The notes beneath the pieces were generated by a model. It saw nothing but the letters and a program-made list of their open reading frames with translations. It was not told the origin of the DNA and searched no databases. From a virus, in IMG/VR virus record IMGVR_UViG_3300048583_000035, positions 1 to 41,278 of that record: a stretch of 41,278 nt of DNA; one strand, 5' to 3'. The position numbers and the translations under genes are program-made. Each line of letters starts with the position of its first letter. Within the stretch, counting starts at the first letter, position 1. This document shows positions 17,773 to 25,907 of this stretch, in pieces.

Positions 17773-18503
17773 GCGGACGCCTTTTCCAGCTTCTCGAACT
17801 TCGTGCGCCAGGACTTCGCCAGCCTGATTGCTGCCGCTGCCTCGTTCGTCAGGCCAGCGATGCGCGACTCCAGCGTTCGGATCAGCGCCGCCTGCTGCTT
17901 GCACTTCTCTGTCATCGCGGCCAACTTGTCGTCAGACTCCAGCAACAGCCGCACGACCTCGGCGTCGTCCTCGGCACTACGCTGGGCTTCGGCGATTTCC
18001 TCGGCGCTCGGCCCTTCTTCGTCTTGTGGCTCGGCCTCACGCTGCTTGATGAACTTTGCGCCGGCCTTCTCAAGCCGCGCCGACACTCGCGCGCCTTCCT
18101 GCTTGTCGCGCTCGCGCTTAGCCGCAAGCTCTGCCTCAAACTGCTCTACAGGCACGGCGGCCAGCTTCTGAGCCCGGCTCGACAGGTCTTTGCTGATGCC
18201 GGCATCGGCCAGCGTGGGGGCGGTTTTCCCGTGGTCGTTGCTGACGACCACGGGACCGCGCTTCAAAGTCGCGGCCGGCTTCAGCCCGCCTTCGGCCTTC
18301 GTCGCAGCCAGCATCTCGCCAAGCCGGCGCTCTGCGCGAATGCGAATCTCGGCCGCATCAACCTCAAGCGTCTTGTCCTGCGCCATGCGGCCATACGCTT
18401 GCATCGCGGCAGCCTTGTCGGCCCAGGTCTTCACCTCATCGACCGACTTGCATTCGGCGATGGCGCGGCACGCCGCTTCGTACTTGATGAGTTGCTGTGT
18501 CAT
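17769..18503 (-). CDS. conserved phage early protein, unknown function
   Basis: 244 aa from ATG 18503 (ATGA overlap). N-terminus MTQQLIKYEAACRAIAECKSVDEVK.. and a coiled-coil C-terminus. Confidence 0.55.
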   Translation of the reverse strand: MTQQLIKYEAACRAIAECKSVDEVKTWADKAAAMQAYGRMAQDKTLEVDAAEIRIRAERRLGEMLAATKAEGGLKPAATLKRGPVVVSNDHGKTAPTLADAGISKDLSSRAQKLAAVPVEQFEAELAAKRERDKQEGARVSARLEKAGAKFIKQREAEPQDEEGPSAEEIAEAQRSAEDDAEVVRLLLESDDKLAAMTEKCKQQAALIRTLESRIAGLTNEAAAAIRLAKSWRTKFEKLEKASA

Positions 18504-18763
18504 GGTGTCTTGAAGGAGAAGGAAGGGCACCGCTGCAAGATGTCGCGCAGCGCAGCGCCGCGCTTTGCACAGCGGTACTCAGTGCGCCAGTGATCGCACT
18601 CGATGCACATGCGCCGGTCGTCGCGCTCGTAGTCGCGCTCAAACAAGCGATCTGCCCACGTCTCAGCGTCCGGCTCGCTCAGTCCGCGATGCATAAACAG
18701 ACTGACGCGAAAACTGAAGCGCGCGATTTCGCGCTCACCCCACGGAGGCAGATTGCGGCTCAC
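18500..18763 (-). CDS. small CxxC protein
   Basis: Contains ..REIARFSFRVSLFMHRGLSEPDAETWADRLFERDYERDDRRMCIEC... Start is either GTG 18763 or ATG 18694. Confidence 0.5.
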   Translation of the reverse strand: MSRNLPPWGEREIARFSFRVSLFMHRGLSEPDAETWADRLFERDYERDDRRMCIECDHWRTEYRCAKRGAALRDILQRCPSFSFKTP

Positions 18764-18870
18764 CGGCCCACCCCTGTCATTGCATCCACCCCCACACCGT
18801 AGGCCCCTGCGGGCACCATGTAGGGGGGACGGCTGAAGCCGATGTCGGCGCAAGATGCGGACATGGGCGA

Positions 18871-19101
18871 TCAATCCGCAGCAGCAGCAACCGGGGCCGG
18901 CTCGGTGAACTCGGCAAGCATGTCTGTGCGGTGCAAGCGGTGGTCAACCGTCGCCAGCTTCTCGATCAGGTCAATGGAAGCTCGCTTGCCGCGCCAGCGC
19001 GTTGCGATCTGCCAAAGGTACGTGTCGCTGACGTTGACGGCCCTCGCCAGTTCGCGACGCTGGTCGCCGGATAGCTGCGGGTAAAGCGTGCTGAGTCTCA
19101 T
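18871..19101 (-). CDS. Cro-like HTH regulator, divergent from the repressor gene
   Basis: 76 aa containing ..LARAVNVSDTYLWQIATRWRGKR... It is the first gene of the minus-strand early operon and has no Shine-Dalgarno sequence. Confidence 0.55.
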   Translation of the reverse strand: MRLSTLYPQLSGDQRRELARAVNVSDTYLWQIATRWRGKRASIDLIEKLATVDHRLHRTDMLAEFTEPAPVAAAAD

Positions 19102-19109
19102 GGGACCGA

Positions 19110-19138
19110 ATGTTAACTGTCGGACAACTTTAGCGCAA
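19110..19138 (-). promoter_or_regulatory. PR-like promoter for the Cro-like operon
   Basis: The minus strand reads TTGCGC-17 nt-TAACAT. Only 8 nt separate the -10 from the ATG, which implies a near-leaderless mRNA. Confidence 0.4.
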
Positions 19139-19158
19139 GCCCCATCCTTGTCCGTCAG
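19117..19158. promoter_or_regulatory. candidate operator pair (inverted TTGTCCGNCAG)
   Basis: CTGTCGGACAA (19117-19127, inside the PR-like spacer) and TTGTCCGTCAG (19148-19158) are inverted copies matching 10 of 11 positions, 20 bp apart, between the divergent regulator genes. Confidence 0.3.
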
Positions 19159-19165
19159 AAAACTT

Positions 19166-19624
19166 ATGCCAGGCTTGCTGCGCTACCGTTCTGGGGTGAA
19201 AGACGTACAGCAGGTCCGCGCATGGAACCTACAGCTTTTGCTGATGGAGTGCGAAGCCGACCTCGGAAAGAGTCGCGGCGCCCCCGCGCTGCTCTCGACA
19301 CGCACAGGCGTCAAGGAATCCTTACTGTCCGTGCTGCTTCGGTCTAAGCTACATTCCGAAACAGGGAAGGCCCGGAAGATCGGTGACGACACCGCCCGGA
19401 AGCTTGAGACTGGCATGTCTAAGCCTGTTGGGTGGATGGATGTTGACCACAGCGAGGCGCGCGACCACATCGAAGCGCAGCACCTCGACAGCCTGCGACT
19501 GCTGACTCCATCGCAGCGCGAACAACTCATGCGCCTGGCCGCAGAGTTCGCAGCAGCAAACGCGGCAAACGCGCTTGAGACGCCGCCAGCTTCCGCACCG
19601 CCTCAGAGCCTGGGCCGCCACTAG
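19166..19624 (+). CDS. CI-like repressor (HTH)
   Basis: 152 aa from ATG 19166 (no SD; the alternative GTG 19088 would overlap the cro-like start). HTH context ..LLSTRTGVKESLLSVLL..IGDDTARKLETGMSKPVGWMD... Local GC3 is lower than in neighbouring genes. Confidence 0.55.
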   Translation: MPGLLRYRSGVKDVQQVRAWNLQLLLMECEADLGKSRGAPALLSTRTGVKESLLSVLLRSKLHSETGKARKIGDDTARKLETGMSKPVGWMDVDHSEARDHIEAQHLDSLRLLTPSQREQLMRLAAEFAAANAANALETPPASAPPQSLGRH

Positions 19625-19689
19625 GCCAAGCCCGCCGTCTTGCGGGTAAACCCGCCCCCTAGATCGCATCATTTCTTCACTGCCGGGTA

Positions 19690-19718
19690 TTGACCGCAAG
19701 TTAACCCGGCGATAAGAT
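19690..19718 (+). promoter_or_regulatory. PL-like promoter for the plus-strand early-left operon
   Basis: TTGACC-17 nt-TAAGAT lies in the 134-bp gap between the repressor gene and the first early-left ORF. Confidence 0.45.
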
Positions 19719-19758
19719 GCCTCCAATGCGCTGAACGGTTCGGCGCCTGGAGACGCAA

Positions 19759-20052
19759 ATGCGCACAGTCAAGATCACGGGCCACGTCTACGAGGTCCGC
19801 TATTCGTGGGACAGGGAAAGCACGTTCATCACGATGTCGCACAGCGGCTTCGATGACGAAAACTACACCTACGTCGGCCCGGTCGAGGTCCACTACGCGA
19901 TCCCCGACAGCTACAACCCCACGGCCGTCAAGCTGGCCGCGCTGCAGGCCAAGCGCGAAGAAGCGGCGCGCGAGTTCGCGGCAACCGTCCGCGCCATCGA
20001 TGAGCAGATCAGCAAGCTCCAGGCGCTGACGTGCGACGGGGTGGCGGCATGA
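19759..20052 (+). CDS. hypothetical early-left protein
   Basis: 97 aa with SD GGAGA 7 nt upstream. The composition is protein-like, whereas the antisense ORF 19669..20061 is Arg-rich. Confidence 0.6.
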   Translation: MRTVKITGHVYEVRYSWDRESTFITMSHSGFDDENYTYVGPVEVHYAIPDSYNPTAVKLAALQAKREEAAREFAATVRAIDEQISKLQALTCDGVAA

Positions 20053-20357
20053 AGAACTCAAAATTTAGCCTGCTGGCTTCGATCATGGCCGTTGCTGGCA
20101 TTGCCGCTGCACAGGCCACCGCTCCCGTGTGGACGCCGACGCCGGGTCGCTCCAAAGGCAAAATCAAGTCAAACCGCTATCGCGGCAAAGCCGGCACATA
20201 CGGGCGCGGCTTGGTAAACCACTTCAACCGCAAGCGGCAGCAGCAACAACAAAAGTTGCCGCATCTGCGCGACGATCACGGCGCGTACACGATGGTCGGA
20301 AAGGGCTTGACGCGCCGCACATGGCTTGCCGGCATCAGCGCGCAGCGGGGGTATTGA
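20049..20357 (+). CDS. small secreted basic protein
   Basis: 102 aa from ATG 20049 (ATGA overlap). Signal-peptide-like MKNSKFSLLASIMAVAGIAAAQA. Confidence 0.55.
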   Translation: MKNSKFSLLASIMAVAGIAAAQATAPVWTPTPGRSKGKIKSNRYRGKAGTYGRGLVNHFNRKRQQQQQKLPHLRDDHGAYTMVGKGLTRRTWLAGISAQRGY

Positions 20358-20358
20358 C

Positions 20359-20799
20359 ATGCGCCCGGCAGTTACCGCCGCCGAGAAGGCCGCGATCCTC
20401 AGCCACTACACCGCGCAAGCTGCGCTTGCCAGCGATGCCGCGCTGTACGGCCCGGCGCTGGGCCATCCGCTCGATCCGCGCACGCCCGACGACGACCGGA
20501 TGAGCGAAGACGAGGCGAAAGAAGCCGCGACGGATGAACTGGTGCGCTGCCCTTACGACGTCACGTTCTGGCTAGACCAGCATGTCGGCATCGACACTGA
20601 CTCCATGCCGGCATGCACCGAGACCATTTGGCAGGTGACGCACTGCAGCGACGTGCGCCGGCTTTTGACGCTGGTCATGGACGGCAACAACGCGCAGATC
20701 ATCAACGCGGCCAAGCGGCTGCGCGAGCTGTACGTCGAAGCGCACAAGTTCGAGATTGCCGAGCGCGCGGCGGAACTGCTGAAGGAGCAGCGGGCATGA
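20359..20799 (+). CDS. hypothetical protein
   Basis: 146 aa. ATG 20359 lies 1 nt after the upstream stop. Confidence 0.55.
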   Translation: MRPAVTAAEKAAILSHYTAQAALASDAALYGPALGHPLDPRTPDDDRMSEDEAKEAATDELVRCPYDVTFWLDQHVGIDTDSMPACTETIWQVTHCSDVRRLLTLVMDGNNAQIINAAKRLRELYVEAHKFEIAERAAELLKEQRA

Positions 20800-20993
20800 G
20801 CAACAAGCCGAACATGAGCTATTGCAAGTTCCGCAACACGCTTGACGCTCTTCGTCAGTGCCGCGAATCGCTGTACGAAGGCGAGTGGCCCAAAGACGAA
20901 GAACTTGCCGCAGCCAAGCAGTTGATCCGAATGTGCGGCGAACTGTCGGCCGACTGGTCTGCGGACTTTGACCCATTGAAAGGTGAGCAATGA
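20796..20993 (+). CDS. hypothetical protein
   Basis: 65 aa, with ATGA overlaps at both ends. Confidence 0.5.
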   Translation: MSNKPNMSYCKFRNTLDALRQCRESLYEGEWPKDEELAAAKQLIRMCGELSADWSADFDPLKGEQ

Positions 20994-21160
20994 AGCACAG
21001 CAACATCCAAACACCGCGCCTCATGCGCGACGGGCAATGGAGCCTCGGCAGCGTGTCGGCCAGCGAGCGCGCACCGTGGCGCCTCGGGGACGTTGCGTGG
21101 GCCGTGGCGTGTGTCGCGGCTTGCGTGGCTGTCGGCGCGATTCTGGCGTGGGGGGTGTGA
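20990..21160 (+). CDS. small membrane protein
   Basis: 56 aa (below the ORF-track cutoff): MKHSNIQTPRLMRDGQW..VAWAVACVAACVAVGAILAWGV. Overlaps the neighbouring genes' stop/start codons at both ends (ATGA upstream, TGATG downstream). Confidence 0.5.
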   Translation: MKHSNIQTPRLMRDGQWSLGSVSASERAPWRLGDVAWAVACVAACVAVGAILAWGV

Positions 21161-21399
21161 TGCGCGAAATCACCACCGAAGAAGGCGACGCGCTGATCCG
21201 CGCAAGCTGGCCGCCGCGCCGCGCTGCCGTGCAGGACATCAACTACGAAGCGCACACGTCCGAGTGCGGCAACTGCGGCGCCGAGGAAGACGAGCCGAAG
21301 CCGCGTCACTGGCTGCGCATCGCCGCGCTGGTCGTCTCCTGCGCTCTGCTGGGCTGGGCGCTGGTCGCTGGCATGCGCATGGCGGGGATGCTGCCATGA
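21160..21399 (+). CDS. small membrane protein
   Basis: 79 aa with a C-terminal TM segment ..WLRIAALVVSCALLGWALVAG.. and a CxxC motif. Confidence 0.5.
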   Translation: MREITTEEGDALIRASWPPRRAAVQDINYEAHTSECGNCGAEEDEPKPRHWLRIAALVVSCALLGWALVAGMRMAGMLP

Positions 21400-21599
21400 A
21401 CGCGCGAGACAAGTCCTACCACTGGTGGACAGACGGATGGCCGCTGCCCGAGGAAATGCCCGCGTGGTGGGCTGACCGGCCGCTGACGGCTGAGCAGCTT
21501 GACGCGATGGCCGAGGAATACGCGCGGGAGCAGCGCGAAGGCGCCAGCGCCGACACCGGCCCGGTTGACGCAGCCGGCACGTACACCGGCAACAACTGA
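21396..21599 (+). CDS. hypothetical protein
   Basis: 67 aa, with an ATGA overlap. Confidence 0.5.
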   Translation: MNARDKSYHWWTDGWPLPEEMPAWWADRPLTAEQLDAMAEEYAREQREGASADTGPVDAAGTYTGNN

Positions 21600-21653
21600 T
21601 TTTGATAGGTTCGCCGCCACCTGTGAGAGCGGCACAACTAGGAAAGCGACATC

Positions 21654-22295
21654 ATGGGATTCATTGCAAAAGACTCTGGCGGCGGCAACTTCCGCCGCGT
21701 TCCGGCAGGCGCCTACATCGGGCGCTGCTACAGCCTGATCGACCTTGGCACACAGACCAGCACCGGCCAGTTCGGCGAGAAGTCGCAGCACAAGCTGCGC
21801 ATCGGCTGGGAACTGTTCGGCGAGGACGAGAACGGCGCACCGCTGACCGTTGAAGTCGATGGGCGCGAGATGCCCATGACGATTAGCAAGAGCTACACCG
21901 TGAGCCTGCACGAAAAGGCGGGCTTGCGGAAGGACTTGCAAGCGTGGCGTGGGCGCGAGTTCACCGACGAAGAAGCGAAGGCGTTCGACGTGTCGAAGCT
22001 GCTCGGCGCCTACTGCATGGTCAACGTCACCACCAGCGAGACAAACGGCAAGACGTACAGCAACGTCGCCGGGCTTACGCCGCTGCCGGGCGCGCTGAAG
22101 AACGCAAAGCCGGCTCCGGTGCATGACATCGTGGCGTTCGACTTGGACTCTCCCGACATGGAGGTGTTCGCGTCGTTCCACGAGAAGCTTCAAGAAGCCA
22201 TCAAGCGTTCGCCGGAGTGGAAGCGCGTAGGAAGGCAGGCGGAGCCGCCAGCAGGCGGCGACAGTGGATTTCCTGACGACGACATCCCGTTCTGA
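21654..22295 (+). CDS. DUF669-type phage single-stranded DNA-binding protein
   Basis: 213 aa. N-terminus ..FRRVPAGAYIGRCYSLIDLG.. and the acidic SSB-type C-terminal tip ..FPDDDIPF. Confidence 0.65.
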   Translation: MGFIAKDSGGGNFRRVPAGAYIGRCYSLIDLGTQTSTGQFGEKSQHKLRIGWELFGEDENGAPLTVEVDGREMPMTISKSYTVSLHEKAGLRKDLQAWRGREFTDEEAKAFDVSKLLGAYCMVNVTTSETNGKTYSNVAGLTPLPGALKNAKPAPVHDIVAFDLDSPDMEVFASFHEKLQEAIKRSPEWKRVGRQAEPPAGGDSGFPDDDIPF

Positions 22296-22297
22296 GC

Positions 22298-22708
22298 ATG
22301 ACCGCTGTAGCAGCATCAAGCGTTCGCATCCGCAGCATGGCAGATGGCACGCTTCGCGCCGAAATTGATTTCGAGCCGCGCGACGCTGCTGCAGCGTTTG
22401 CCATGCTTGGACAGCCCGGCCAGCCCATCGCTGTGGCGCCGCTCAAGACGGCAGCGCAACAACAGGCGCAGGAGGCGGCGCCAAAGGCCGCAGGCGGGCC
22501 GCTGGCGAAGCTGGCGGGGCAGTGGTGCCAGATGCCGCAGTTCCTCGCGTGGAGCGGCTGCAACACGGCTGACGCCGCCGCAGAGTTCATCCGGCGCGAG
22601 TGCGGCATCAGCAGCCGCGCCGAGCTTGACCACAACGCGGCAGCGGCTGCAGCGTTCCACACGCACATCCGCGAGCCGTTTTCAACGTACATGAAGGGCA
22701 CAGGATGA
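22298..22708 (+). CDS. hypothetical early protein
   Basis: 136 aa containing ..WCQMPQFLAWSGC..AAEFIRRECGISSRAELD... Confidence 0.5.
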   Translation: MTAVAASSVRIRSMADGTLRAEIDFEPRDAAAAFAMLGQPGQPIAVAPLKTAAQQQAQEAAPKAAGGPLAKLAGQWCQMPQFLAWSGCNTADAAAEFIRRECGISSRAELDHNAAAAAAFHTHIREPFSTYMKGTG

Positions 22709-23202
22709 CATCGCTTCTACTCATCGCTCAGGAATACCGGGCAGCAGCGGCGCAGCTTGCCGACCTCGACCTCCCGGCAGAAGTCGTCTCCGACACGCTG
22801 GAGAGCCTGGCCGGCGACATTGAAACCAAAGCGCAGAGCGTGGCGCACATGGTCCGCAGCTTGGAAGCGCAAGCCGCCGCCGTGAAGCAGTGGGCGAAGG
22901 ACGCCAGCGAGCGCGCGAAGGCCATCGAAGCACGCGCCGAACGGCTGCGCGAGTACCTGAGCAGCAACATGCAGGCATGCGGCATTCAGCGCATCGAAGG
23001 ACCGGGCATCACGCTGAGCTTTCGCAAGACGAGCGCCGTCGTGATCGATGACGAAGCGCAGATTCCGGCAGCGTACATGCGGCAGAAGCCGCCGCCGCCT
23101 GCGGAGCCGGACAAGCTGGCGCTGGCCGCTGCGCTGAAGACCGGCGAGACGATCCCGGGCGCGCGGCTGGAAACGCGGCAGGCGCTGCAGGTGCGGGCTT
23201 GA
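22705..23202 (+). CDS. Siphovirus Gp157-like protein
   Basis: 165 aa. Coiled-coil N-terminal half and a characteristic C-terminus ..EPDKLALAAALKTGETIPGARLETRQALQVRA. Confidence 0.6.
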   Translation: MTSLLLIAQEYRAAAAQLADLDLPAEVVSDTLESLAGDIETKAQSVAHMVRSLEAQAAAVKQWAKDASERAKAIEARAERLREYLSSNMQACGIQRIEGPGITLSFRKTSAVVIDDEAQIPAAYMRQKPPPPAEPDKLALAAALKTGETIPGARLETRQALQVRA

Positions 23203-23300
23203 ACGCAACAGCTAACCTGGACCCGACAGCATGAGCAACGATTCACGAAGCGAGACCCCGGCGCATGCTGTCGGGGCTCAGGTTCAGCGAGGGGTTAGGC
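23198..23300 (-). repeat. attC-like site S1 (array-distal boundary; left box degenerate)
   Basis: Plus strand: CTTGAAC-GCAACA-GCT-AACCTG-GACCCGACAGCATG(30-nt loop)CATGCTGTCGGGGC-T-CAGGTT-C-AGC-GAGGG-GTTAGGC. The left box overlaps the TGA of the Gp157-like gene. Confidence 0.65.
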
Positions 23301-23302
23301 GC

Positions 23303-23578
23303 GTGGTGTGCGCAGCCCTGCGAGCTACAGACGGCCGGCTACTGCTGGGAATACGGCACTACAGCCAAGACATGCACGACCAACTGGCGCAACGTGCTGA
23401 CCGCGACCGCTTCCTGCTGCGGCTAGACCCGAACCAGGGCTTCGTTGACCAGCACGGCGTGTACATGACGCGGGAGGAAGCCTACCGAGTTGCCGAAGCG
23501 GCTGGGCAGATTGCCTACCCGGAGCGTTGCGGACGTGGCCTTGAAGGGCCGAAGCTTTACAGCGAAGGACTGTACTGA
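23303..23578 (+). CDS. hypothetical protein (cassette 1)
   Basis: 91 aa from GTG 23303, 8 nt after the GAGGGG of S1. The alternative ATG 23231 lies inside the S1 stem. Sequence ..VVCAALRATDGRLLLGIRHYS..GFVDQHGVYMTREEAYRVAEAAGQI..LYSEGLY. Confidence 0.55.
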   Translation: MVCAALRATDGRLLLGIRHYSQDMHDQLAQRADRDRFLLRLDPNQGFVDQHGVYMTREEAYRVAEAAGQIAYPERCGRGLEGPKLYSEGLY

Positions 23579-23585
23579 TGCAAGC

Positions 23586-23670
23586 GCCTAACGTAAAGCT
23601 AACCGGCGCCTGCACGGCGCCGTGAGTAGCACCCTTGCCGGAGGGCGTCCGGTTCAGCGAAATGTTAGGC
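23586..23670 (-). repeat. attC-like site S2
   Basis: Plus strand: GCCTAAC-GTAAA-GCT-AACCGG-CGCC..(branched loop)..GGCG-T-CCGGTT-C-AGC-GAAAT-GTTAGGC. Confidence 0.75.
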
Positions 23671-23688
23671 GCGTGGTGCCGGAGCGAG

Positions 23689-24012
23689 ATGATGACTGAA
23701 GACCAAGTACGCGAGATGGTGAAGGAGTGTGGCCTTGACTGGCAGCGCGGGTACATGCCGATGTTTGATGGCGATCCAACGAACCGCTATGCGGCGCTGG
23801 TCAACGCCGCGCGAACGAACGCCCTGCAAGACGCCGCCCGCTGGGTGGACGAAGAAGTGGGCCACGCCGTGCAAGATGGCTGGAGCGTTGAAGCGGTGCA
23901 GGCCCTGATGGCGACGCGGGACATGCTCCGGGCGCACGCCGACATGAATGCGACGACCGTTGAGGTAATCCCAAGCGCCGATACGCCAACTTGGCGCGAC
24001 GGTGTGCGTTGA
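23689..24012 (+). CDS. hypothetical protein (cassette 2)
   Basis: 107 aa, with GGAG 5 nt upstream of ATG 23689. MMTEDQVREMVKECGLDWQRGY... Confidence 0.6.
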   Translation: MMTEDQVREMVKECGLDWQRGYMPMFDGDPTNRYAALVNAARTNALQDAARWVDEEVGHAVQDGWSVEAVQALMATRDMLRAHADMNATTVEVIPSADTPTWRDGVR

Positions 24013-24014
24013 GG

Positions 24015-24072
24015 GCCTAACGTTGCAATTAAGCGGCTGCCGTAGGCGGTCCGCTTGAATTGCTTGTTAGGG
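24015..24072 (-). repeat. attC-like site S3 (58 bp)
   Basis: Plus strand: GCCTAAC-GTTGC-AATT-AAGCGG-CTGCC(GTA)GGCGG-T-CCGCTT-G-AATT-GCTT-GTTAGGG. The bulges are T24050 and G24057. Confidence 0.85.
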
Positions 24073-24097
24073 CGCTGGTGGAGAAACGGGACGAACT

Positions 24098-24760
24098 ATG
24101 CACGCCACATGCCGCTGGTGCGGACACGCTGAACGAGAGCACGACCGGCAGTATGGGTGCGGCGAGTGCGATTGCGAACACTTTGAAAGGGAAAGAACGA
24201 TGAGCATGGACCATGTGCAACTAGCCCGCGCGCTGTGGGTGTGGTTTGGCTACCGCATTGACGAGAGCAGCGAGCCAGGCGCAGACCCGCGCGTTGACGC
24301 GCTCGCCGAGAAACTGGAAGAGTGGATTCCGGCCTTGCCCTACGAGCCGCTACACAGTGACCAGATTGAGCGCATTGCGCTTGAGTTGGGATGGGACCTT
24401 GACCAAGGGCGCGTAGGCGGCGACCTTGACACTTTTGCGCGCTACGTCGAGCAGGCGCACGGCATTTGCATTACCAACATGGCCGGAGGTGGCAAGGCCG
24501 ACCGCTACGTGAGCCACAACAAGAAAGTGGGGAACATTGGGCCTGCCAACCTGCCGCGCCTAGAAGTGGACGCGGCACACTGCCGGCGCATGGCATGCGG
24601 CGTGCAGGAATGGATGGCGCAGGGCTCAAACCCGGACGAGATGCCGAAGCCGCAGATTGCCGCGCTGGCGTTGCTGGTGAAGGAGCTTTGCACCGAAGTC
24701 CGACGCCTAGGCGAAGACAACACAACGCCGATGCAGCCGCATGCGCACGGGTTGATGTGA
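24098..24760 (+). CDS. hypothetical protein with N-terminal CxxC..CxxC motif (cassette 3)
   Basis: 220 aa starting MHATCRWCGHAEREHDRQYGCGECDCEHF... An in-frame alternative start is ATG 24200, preceded by AAGGGA. Confidence 0.55.
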   Translation: MHATCRWCGHAEREHDRQYGCGECDCEHFERERTMSMDHVQLARALWVWFGYRIDESSEPGADPRVDALAEKLEEWIPALPYEPLHSDQIERIALELGWDLDQGRVGGDLDTFARYVEQAHGICITNMAGGGKADRYVSHNKKVGNIGPANLPRLEVDAAHCRRMACGVQEWMAQGSNPDEMPKPQIAALALLVKELCTEVRRLGEDNTTPMQPHAHGLM

Positions 24761-24767
24761 GCGAGCG

Positions 24768-24866
24768 CCCTAACGGTCGAAGTGGGCCGGAGACCCGGCC
24801 AAAAGGAACGTGATGACTGAGCAAACGACGGAAGCCGGGGCTCTCGGCTCGACTGAGGGGTTAGGC
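24768..24866 (-). repeat. attC-like site S4 (long loop carries SD and ATG of cassette 4 ORF)
   Basis: Plus strand: CCCTAAC-GGTCGA-AGT-GGGCCG-GAG-A-CCCGGC(34-nt loop)GCCGGG-G-CTC-T-CGGCTC-G-ACT-GAGGG-GTTAGGC. The loop contains AAGGAA and ATG 24813. Confidence 0.75.
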
Positions 24867-25133
24867 CTGGAGCCGGAGCGCGCAGCGTTTGAGCGCTGGT
24901 ACGCCACGACTGACGCGCGCTGGTGGAACACAAGCGATGCGGCATTTGCGGCGTGGCGCGCGGCCGTGGCGGCAGAGCGCGAGCGGTGCGCCGTCGCCGC
25001 TTGGAGCCACTACATGGACATTTGCAAGAAGCGCGGGCTACCTGCCGCAATGTTTGATGATTGGTGCGCAGCAGGGGCCATACGCGGGCCTAACGTGGGA
25101 GTTAAGCCGCAGACACCGGCCGCGCCGACGTAA
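24813..25133 (+). CDS. hypothetical protein (cassette 4)
   Basis: 106 aa. The start lies in the S4 loop, and no in-frame start exists for 100 nt after the S4 right box. The ORF reads through the S5 left box (CCT AAC) and stops in the S5 loop. Confidence 0.6.
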   Translation: MTEQTTEAGALGSTEGLGLEPERAAFERWYATTDARWWNTSDAAFAAWRAAVAAERERCAVAAWSHYMDICKKRGLPAAMFDDWCAAGAIRGPNVGVKPQTPAAPT

Positions 25134-25188
25134 CCACACACACAAATGCTGGCAGCCGGTGGCTGTCGGCTTGAACGACTAGTTAGGG
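25088..25188 (-). repeat. attC-like site S5
   Basis: Plus strand: GCCTAAC-GTGGGA-GTT-AAGCCG-CAGAC..(loop)..GGCTG-T-CGGCTT-G-AAC-GACTA-GTTAGGG. The minus strand contains GTTCAAGCCGAC and CGGCTTAACTC. Confidence 0.85.
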
Positions 25189-25214
25189 CTCAGCGCCCGC
25201 CACAGGAGTGAACC

Positions 25215-25502
25215 ATGTACGTGATTGCAACCGAAAGCCGCCGCAAAGACGAAGTGCTGTTTATGGTGGACCGGAACCGCCAGCGCGCCAGCTTTTGGAG
25301 CAACCGCCTTAACGACGCCATGAAGTACGGCGACAAGTCTGCGGCCCAGCAGAAAGCTACAAAGCTGCGATTCAACCGGCCGCGCGTGCTGACGCTTCAA
25401 GACGCTGCGCGCATTGCTGGCGAGCAGGCACGCGAGCATGAGCATGAGCAAGCGATGGCCGACGATGAGGCCGGATGGGATGGGCACAAGGGGCATTTCT
25501 GA
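25215..25502 (+). CDS. hypothetical protein (cassette 5)
   Basis: 95 aa with a GGAG SD. MYVIATESRRKDEVLFMVDRNRQRASFW... Confidence 0.6.
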   Translation: MYVIATESRRKDEVLFMVDRNRQRASFWSNRLNDAMKYGDKSAAQQKATKLRFNRPRVLTLQDAARIAGEQAREHEHEQAMADDEAGWDGHKGHF

Positions 25503-25503
25503 G

Positions 25504-25561
25504 CCCTAACGCCCGAGTTCACGCGGCGCCGTAGGCGCTCGCGTGGAACGAAGTGTTAGGC
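25504..25561 (-). repeat. attC-like site S6 (58 bp)
   Basis: Plus strand: CCCTAAC-GCCCGA-GTTC-ACGCG-GCGCC(GTA)GGCGC-T-CGCGT-G-GAAC-GAAGT-GTTAGGC. Confidence 0.85.
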
Positions 25562-25591
25562 ATCACTTTTACCGAAGCGAAGGGAGCGACG

Positions 25592-25906
25592 ATGGACATT
25601 GACACTGCAGACCATGTGCTGCACGGCCCGAGCGGCGAAACCTGGGTGGTGGCCTACGTTGAAGGCGACCGGCTGGCTTGGTGCGGGTGGCCCGAAGGCG
25701 AGGCAAAGCTGGCCGATTGCACGCTGCTGAAGAAGGCCACTACCGAGCAGCGTGACAAGCTGCTGCTGGAGATGGCCGATTGCACGAACGACCGTCGCGG
25801 AAGGTATGCGCGGCAGCGCCTTGATTTGAACGACTGCCCGCGAACAAGCCGGTTAAACATGGACAGGGACCGGATGTGGGCAGAGCACGGCATCCCTGGC
25901 GCGTGA
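25592..25906 (+). CDS. hypothetical protein (cassette 6)
   Basis: 104 aa from ATG 25592, preceded by AGGGAG. MDIDTADHVLHGPSGETWVVAYVEGDRLAWCGWPEGE... Confidence 0.6.
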   Translation: MDIDTADHVLHGPSGETWVVAYVEGDRLAWCGWPEGEAKLADCTLLKKATTEQRDKLLLEMADCTNDRRGRYARQRLDLNDCPRTSRLNMDRDRMWAEHGIPGA

Positions 25907-25907
25907 T

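Noticed and set aside
24015-24072. Intergenic hairpins read as ordinary Rho-independent terminators or REP elements.
   Set aside because: None is followed by a T/U tract. All share the fixed RYYYAAC...GTTRRRY ends, the same bulge positions and an unpaired spacer, and the box bases co-vary across ORFs. A terminator role alone does not explain this. An additional RNA-level role is not excluded.
24077-24202. An alternative 41-codon ORF (GTG 24077) ending in an ATGA overlap with ATG 24200.
   Set aside because: The competing frame starting at ATG 24098 encodes a CxxC..CxxC motif and is continuous with the downstream 186 codons. It was kept as one 220-aa CDS, with the ambiguity noted.
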